NCBI GenBank assembly: GCA_026129165.1
Contig: JAHCIP010000003.1
Location: 1 to 58,737, forward strand
Length of the DNA: 58,737 bases
Direction of reading: 5' to 3'
Source of the DNA: Anaerolineae bacterium
Lineage (GTDB): Bacteria; Chloroflexota; Anaerolineae; Epilineales; JAHCIE01
Made by a program: the position numbers and the translations under genes. Positions 54,111 through 58,737 of this stretch are shown piece after piece (the first letter of the stretch is position 1; every line of letters begins with the position of its first letter). The notes beneath the pieces were generated by a model that worked only from the letters and a program-made list of their open reading frames with translations, did no database searches and was not told the origin of the DNA.

Positions 54111-54761
54111 GTGACGGATGTGCGGGAGCGACCTGAATTGGAGACAGGCGTGCTGCGCGGCCAACGGGTGACGCTGCGGCCCTACAACTCCTCGTTTACC
54201 GAGGATGAGTTGCGGCGGCTGTATCGTTGGAACCGCGACGACGAGGTGTTACGCTGGAGCGGCGGCATGCCGCTCCATATGTCGTTCGCCGAGTTCAAGG
54301 AGGCTTTTCCCCGCGAGCAGCGCCGCCGCGACCAGCAGGTCTATGTCATCCTGACGGAGACCGGCGAGTTGATCGGCCGTCTCGGCATCTTTGATATAGA
54401 GACGCGCAACCGCGATGCCACGCTAGGTGTGGTCATCGGTGAGAAGCCTTACTGGAGCCAGGGCTACGGCAGCGACGCTATCCGTACCCTGTTGCGCCAC
54501 CTGTTTTTCGACCAGAGCTTCGAGACGATCCATCTGTTCACGTATACCGACAACTTCCGCGCGCAGCGCGCCTTCGCCAAGGTCGGCTTCCGCAAGGTCT
54601 CAACGCGGCGGCGTTTTCCGTTTGGCTTGCGCTTCCAGGACGAACTGCGCATGGAGATTACCCGCGACGAATTCGAAAGGTTCAACGGGGCGTCGGCTCC
54701 CCCTTCTACTCCCCCCGCGCCTGTGCCTCGTCATGGGGGTACGCGGGGGGATGGGGGGTAG
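54111..54761 (+). CDS. GNAT (RimJ/RimL-like) acetyltransferase
   Basis: Reads LGVVIGEKPYWSQGYGSDAIRTLLRHLF...NFRAQRAFAKVGFRKV. The last ~20 codons are the C/G-run repeat. Confidence 0.7.
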   Translation: MTDVRERPELETGVLRGQRVTLRPYNSSFTEDELRRLYRWNRDDEVLRWSGGMPLHMSFAEFKEAFPREQRRRDQQVYVILTETGELIGRLGIFDIETRNRDATLGVVIGEKPYWSQGYGSDAIRTLLRHLFFDQSFETIHLFTYTDNFRAQRAFAKVGFRKVSTRRRFPFGLRFQDELRMEITRDEFERFNGASAPPSTPPAPVPRHGGTRGDGG

Positions 54762-54791
54762 CCGCCTGCCGCCTCTTCAGGAGCTTGTGCC

Positions 54792-56126
54792 ATGAATTTC
54801 ATTCCCCTTACCGACGCCGACCGCCAGACGATGCTTCAGGCGATTGGCGTCACTTCAATTGAAGACCTGTTTGCCGATGTCCCGTCCCAGCACCGTTTCC
54901 CGACGCTTGACCTGCCCCCGGCCCTGGCCGAGCTAGACCTGCAGCAGCATATCGCCGACTTGGCGGGGCGCAACCTCAACCTGGCCGAGTACGCCTGCTT
55001 CCTGGGCGCGGGGGCCTACAACCACTACATCCCGCCCGTGGTCAATCATCTCATCATGCGGGGTGAGTTCTACACCGCCTACACGCCTTATCAGCCGGAG
55101 GTCAGCCAGGGGACTTTGACGGCCATCTACGAGTACCAGACGATGATCTGTCAGTTGACAGGCATGGAGGTGACCAACGCCTCGATGTACGACGGTTCGA
55201 CGGCCCTGGCCGAGGCGTGCCTGATGGCTGCCCGCATCACCCGCCGCGACAAGCTGGTTCTGGCGCGGACAATCCATCCCGAATACCGCGAGGTGGTGCG
55301 GACGTACACGCAGAGCCTGGACTTGCCCAGCGAGACGATCCCCTACGCCGCCTCTGGTCGGGTGGACCTGGACGCGCTGGCGAAGCTGGTGGACGGGCAG
55401 ACGGCCTGTGTCGCCGTGCAGTATCCCAACTTCTTCGGCGTGGTCGAAGACCTGGCCCCCATTGTGGACATCGCGCATAAGGCGGGCGCCCTGGTCATCG
55501 TCAACGCCGACCCCATCGCGCTGGGCCTGCTCCGTGCGCCGGGTGAGTTCGACGTGGATATTGTCGTGGGCGAGGGCCAGTCCATCAGCCTGCCGCCCTA
55601 TTTTGGCGGCCCGTACCTCGGCCTCTTCGCCACCCAGATGAAGCATGTCCGCCAGTTGCCAGGCCGTGTCATCGGCCAGACCACCGACCACGACGGCCGC
55701 CGCGCCTTCGTGATGACGCTGCAGGCCCGCGAGCAGCACATTCGCCGCGAGAAGGCGACCTCCAACATCTGCACCAATGAGGCGCTGGTGGCGCTGGCTG
55801 CGACGGTCTACCTGGCTTCGATGGGCAAGACCGGGCTAAAGCGGGCGGCGGAACTCAGCTACCACCGTGCCCACTATGCGGCGGCCGAGATCGCCCGTCT
55901 GCCCGGCTACAGCCTGCCCTTCGACGGCCCCTTCTTCAAGGAGTTTGCCGTGCGGACGCCGGCCCCGGTGGCCGAGATCAATCAGCGCCTCCTGGGCCAC
56001 AAGATTCTGGGCGGCTACGACCTGGGCCAGACCTACCCTGAGCTAGCCAACACCGCGCTGCTGGCCGTCACCGAGATGAACTCCCGCGCCCAGATTGACC
56101 GCCTCGTCGGCGCGTTACAGGGATAA
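54792..56126 (+). CDS. gcvPA: glycine dehydrogenase (decarboxylating) subunit 1
   Basis: Reads MNFIPLTDADRQTMLQAIGV...FLGAGAYNHYIPPVV...YTPYQPEVSQGTL. 444 aa. Confidence 0.9.
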   Translation: MNFIPLTDADRQTMLQAIGVTSIEDLFADVPSQHRFPTLDLPPALAELDLQQHIADLAGRNLNLAEYACFLGAGAYNHYIPPVVNHLIMRGEFYTAYTPYQPEVSQGTLTAIYEYQTMICQLTGMEVTNASMYDGSTALAEACLMAARITRRDKLVLARTIHPEYREVVRTYTQSLDLPSETIPYAASGRVDLDALAKLVDGQTACVAVQYPNFFGVVEDLAPIVDIAHKAGALVIVNADPIALGLLRAPGEFDVDIVVGEGQSISLPPYFGGPYLGLFATQMKHVRQLPGRVIGQTTDHDGRRAFVMTLQAREQHIRREKATSNICTNEALVALAATVYLASMGKTGLKRAAELSYHRAHYAAAEIARLPGYSLPFDGPFFKEFAVRTPAPVAEINQRLLGHKILGGYDLGQTYPELANTALLAVTEMNSRAQIDRLVGALQG

Positions 56127-56133
56127 CACTGCT

Positions 56134-56931
56134 ATGCCGTCGCCGTTTCCGGGCATGGACCCCTATCTCGAAAATTCAGCCTTGTGGCTGGGCCTCCATA
56201 ATCTTCTGGCGGCCGAGATCACAGCGTACCTGAATCGTCGGATTCAACCGCGTTACTTCGCGGCGCTCGAGCCGTTCATCGTCTATGAGATGATCGCTAT
56301 CGGCCGACCGAAGGGACGCCGCCCCGATGTCTCGGTGATGCAACCCTACCCCGCCCGAGGCGCCGTGGCAGTCCTGGAGCCTACGATCACCGCCGCCCCC
56401 GTTGCGAGCGAGGTCGAGGTTGAGGCGCCGGTTCAACTCTATCAGGTCGAAATCCGTGTCAGCGAGACGGAAGAACTGGTGACAGCTATTGAAATCCTGT
56501 CACCCGCTAACAAACGGTCGGGTAGCCGAGGGCGCGACGAGTACCTTGCCAAGCGGCAGGAGCTTCTCGTCTCAGACGCGCACCTGCTCGAGTTTGACCT
56601 CCTGAGGGGTGGAGAGCGGCCCCCATTGGCGAAGCCAGTGCCGACCGCGCCCTACTACATGGTCTTGAGCCGCGTGGATGAGCGGCCCCGCGTCGGGGTG
56701 TGGCCCGTGCAGTTGTCAGAGCGACTGCCCGTGTTACCTGTACCCCTGAGAGAGCCGGATCCAGATATACCGCTGGATGCTAACACAGTTCTAGCCGAAG
56801 TGTACGATCGCGGCGCCTACGCGCAACGCATTGATTACCACCAGCCGCCGCCGCCGCCGCCACTGGCGGAAGACGAGGCGCGCTGGATGGACAACTTGCT
56901 GACTAAATATCGCCATCAGGCGTCATCGTAG
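56134..56931 (+). CDS. DUF4058 family protein
   Basis: Reads [29 protein letters not shown]...[10 protein letters not shown]. It has a PPPPPP tract near the C-terminus. Confidence 0.75.
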   Translation: MPSPFPGMDPYLENSALWLGLHNLLAAEITAYLNRRIQPRYFAALEPFIVYEMIAIGRPKGRRPDVSVMQPYPARGAVAVLEPTITAAPVASEVEVEAPVQLYQVEIRVSETEELVTAIEILSPANKRSGSRGRDEYLAKRQELLVSDAHLLEFDLLRGGERPPLAKPVPTAPYYMVLSRVDERPRVGVWPVQLSERLPVLPVPLREPDPDIPLDANTVLAEVYDRGAYAQRIDYHQPPPPPPLAEDEARWMDNLLTKYRHQASS

Positions 56932-56983
56932 GGGTAGGCCCCCGTGCCTACCGATTGGGCAATCACAGAGGGTTGCCCCTACA
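56931..56983. repeat. double-hairpin repeat, homolog of 29819-29883
   Basis: The element reads ggggtaggcccccgtgcctacc ... gggcaatcacagagggttgcccctaca. Confidence 0.55.
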
Positions 56984-57011
56984 GACGGAGGATGGTCATC
57001 AGGAGACTGGA

Positions 57012-58496
57012 ATGCTAACCCACGAAACCATCAGCGAAAAGATAATCGAACCGCTTCTCTTTGAGATGAGCACGCCCGGCCACAACGCGGGCCGCCTGCC
57101 GGCCTACCTGGATGTACCAGCCGCCGACTTGCCCCAGGAGCTACAGCGGGCCGACCTGCCATTGCCCGATATGAGCGAGGTCCAGGTGGTGCGCCACTTT
57201 ACCCGGCTGAGCCAGCTCAACTTTAGCGTGGATACCCACTTCTATCCGCTGGGGTCCTGCACGATGAAGTACAACCCCAAGGTCAACGACTGGGCCGCTG
57301 CGCTGACTGGCTTCACCCATATCCATCCCTACCAGCCGGAAGCCACGGCGCAGGGCGCGTTGGAGATGCTCTACCAACTCCAATATATCCTGGGCGAGAT
57401 CGCCGGGCTGCCCCATGTCACCCTCCAGCCGTCAGCCGGGGCGCACGGCGAGTTAACCGGCCTGCTAGTCATCATGGGGTACCATCGGTCGCGGGGCGAC
57501 TCGAAGCGCACGCGCGTTCTCGTCCCCGATTCGGCCCACGGCACGAACCCGGCCACGGCGGCCATGTGCGGCTGCACCGTGACCCACATTCCGACCGACA
57601 GCCGGGGCAACCTCGACTACGACATCTTGCAGCGCGAGATGGACGACACCGTCGCGGCCATTATGCTCACCAACCCGAATACATTGGGTCTGTTCGAGGA
57701 GCGCATCCTGGAGGTGACGACCCTCGTCCACGAGCGCGGCGGCCTGGTCTACTGCGATGGCGCGAACATGAACGCCGTGTTGGGTATTGCCCGGCCGGGC
57801 GACCTGGGTTGCGACGTGTTGCACTACAACCTGCACAAGACCTTCACCGTTCCCCACGGCGGCGGCGGGCCGGGGGCGGGCGGCACGGCCGTCCGCGACA
57901 CCCTGGCTCCCTTCCTGCCCGCGCCCCTGGTCGCCAGGCGCGACGGCCCGCACGGCCCGGAGTACTATCTAGACTATGACCGCCCCCAGAGCATTGGCCG
58001 GGTGCGCGCCTTCTACGGCAACTTCGGGAACGCGGTGCGCGGCTACAGCTATCTGCGCAGCATGGGCGCGCCAGGCGTACGCGAGGTGAGCGAGAATGCA
58101 GTCCTCAACGCCAACTACATTCGCGTCAACCTGGCGGATGCCTTTGACCTGCCCTATGACCGGGTCTGCAAGCACGAAGCGGTCTTCTCCGGCCGGCGGC
58201 AGGCGCGGCTGGGCGTGCGCACGCTCGACATTGCCAAGCGCCTGATTGACTACGGCATCCACCCCCCGACGGTCTACTTCCCGCTCATCGTGGAGGAAGC
58301 GCTGATGATCGAACCCACCGAAACCGAGACGCTCGAGACGCTCGATCACTTTGTGGCGACGATGAAGCGCATCGCCCGTGAGGCCGAGGAGACGCCTGAA
58401 CTCGTCAAGGAAGCGCCCCACACCACGCCCATCAGCCGCCCCGACGACGTGGCCGCCGCCCGCAAGCCCGTCGTGCGCTGGCAGGCGGGCGGGTGA
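57012..58496 (+). CDS. gcvPB: glycine dehydrogenase (decarboxylating) subunit 2
   Basis: Reads [20 protein letters not shown]...[10 protein letters not shown]...NLHKTF (the PLP lysine region). I prefer the start at 57012; the upstream part of the track ORF is the repeat. Confidence 0.9.
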   Translation: MLTHETISEKIIEPLLFEMSTPGHNAGRLPAYLDVPAADLPQELQRADLPLPDMSEVQVVRHFTRLSQLNFSVDTHFYPLGSCTMKYNPKVNDWAAALTGFTHIHPYQPEATAQGALEMLYQLQYILGEIAGLPHVTLQPSAGAHGELTGLLVIMGYHRSRGDSKRTRVLVPDSAHGTNPATAAMCGCTVTHIPTDSRGNLDYDILQREMDDTVAAIMLTNPNTLGLFEERILEVTTLVHERGGLVYCDGANMNAVLGIARPGDLGCDVLHYNLHKTFTVPHGGGGPGAGGTAVRDTLAPFLPAPLVARRDGPHGPEYYLDYDRPQSIGRVRAFYGNFGNAVRGYSYLRSMGAPGVREVSENAVLNANYIRVNLADAFDLPYDRVCKHEAVFSGRRQARLGVRTLDIAKRLIDYGIHPPTVYFPLIVEEALMIEPTETETLETLDHFVATMKRIAREAEETPELVKEAPHTTPISRPDDVAAARKPVVRWQAGG

Positions 58497-58562
58497 GCCT
58501 ATCTGGCTGAGTGGCCCCATCCTGCGGCGCTTGTCAGACTGCCAGAGAACCTTCGGCCCCAT

Positions 58563-58627
58563 GACCAAGGACAAAGGACCGAGGACCAGTAAGTCATCCC
58601 ATTGGTCCTTGGTCCTTCGTCCTTGGC
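58563..58627. repeat. heptamer-periodic palindromic hairpin after gcvPB
   Basis: gaccaag gacaaag gaccgag gacc pairs with ggtcctt ggtcctt cgtcctt ggc. Confidence 0.6.
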
Positions 58628-58657
58628 CCGTTGCCCAAACACCGCGCACGGAGAGCA

Positions 58658-58737
58658 ATGATGCTTGACAATTTGCAGCCCCACCCCGAGCACAAATTCA
58701 CCTTCGGCCTGTGGACCGTGAGCAACGTGGGCCGCGA
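58658..58737 (+). CDS. xylA: xylose isomerase, first 26 codons (runs off the window)
   Basis: Not in the track. ATG 58658 gives MMLDNLQPHPEHKFTFGLWTVSNVGRD, which matches the actinobacterial-type XI N-terminus (..RFTFGLWTVGWQGRD). Confidence 0.75.
   Translation, partial: MMLDNLQPHPEHKFTFGLWTVSNVGR

Overview
This is a 58.7-kb high-GC bacterial chromosomal window. Its gene content (split gcvPA/gcvPB, RNase J, DUF4058, a GldG-type ABC cluster, a GAAC-N4-GTTC box) and its many palindromic or heptamer-periodic intergenic repeats suggest a Chloroflexota-like genome; this is inference only. From left to right the window holds: partial aspS; an orphan promoter/terminator unit carrying an SOS-type box; an MBL hydrolase; and a head-only phage-like module (scaffold/protease-like ORF, HK97-type capsid, three small ORFs, portal). 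Next comes a minus-strand gene string ending in a 126-aa protein with a clear profilin signature. Ordinary enzymes follow (AKR, hydrolases, P450, Rdx/thioredoxin pair, deacetylase, lipase), then a GldG/ABC-2 exporter cluster. After that is a surface-glycan cluster (GT39, GT4, GT2, polyprenyl synthase, PMM, gmd, rmd-like) and a UDG. A co-directional hicB-hicA-DNA methyltransferase-NADAR-RNase J string follows, then a lower-GC islet with an IS982 copy and a DpnI-type methyl-directed endonuclease. Further right are a GG-terminated small protein with a membrane partner, an M28 peptidase and a NUDIX hydrolase. A ~9-kb gene encodes a giant modular surface protein: a duplicated unrecognised ~717-aa module, six 109-aa SdrD-B-like repeats, 2 FN3 domains, a dockerin and a cohesin. 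It is followed by a stand-alone cohesin gene, TerC, a gcvT-GNAT-gcvPA-DUF4058-gcvPB string, and the start of xylA. Several otherwise intact genes are broken by apparent 1-nt frame shifts, so the assembly probably carries indel errors and I avoid pseudogene calls. Most long antisense ORFs in the track look like high-GC artefacts. All family assignments come from reading the translations by eye; no searches were run.
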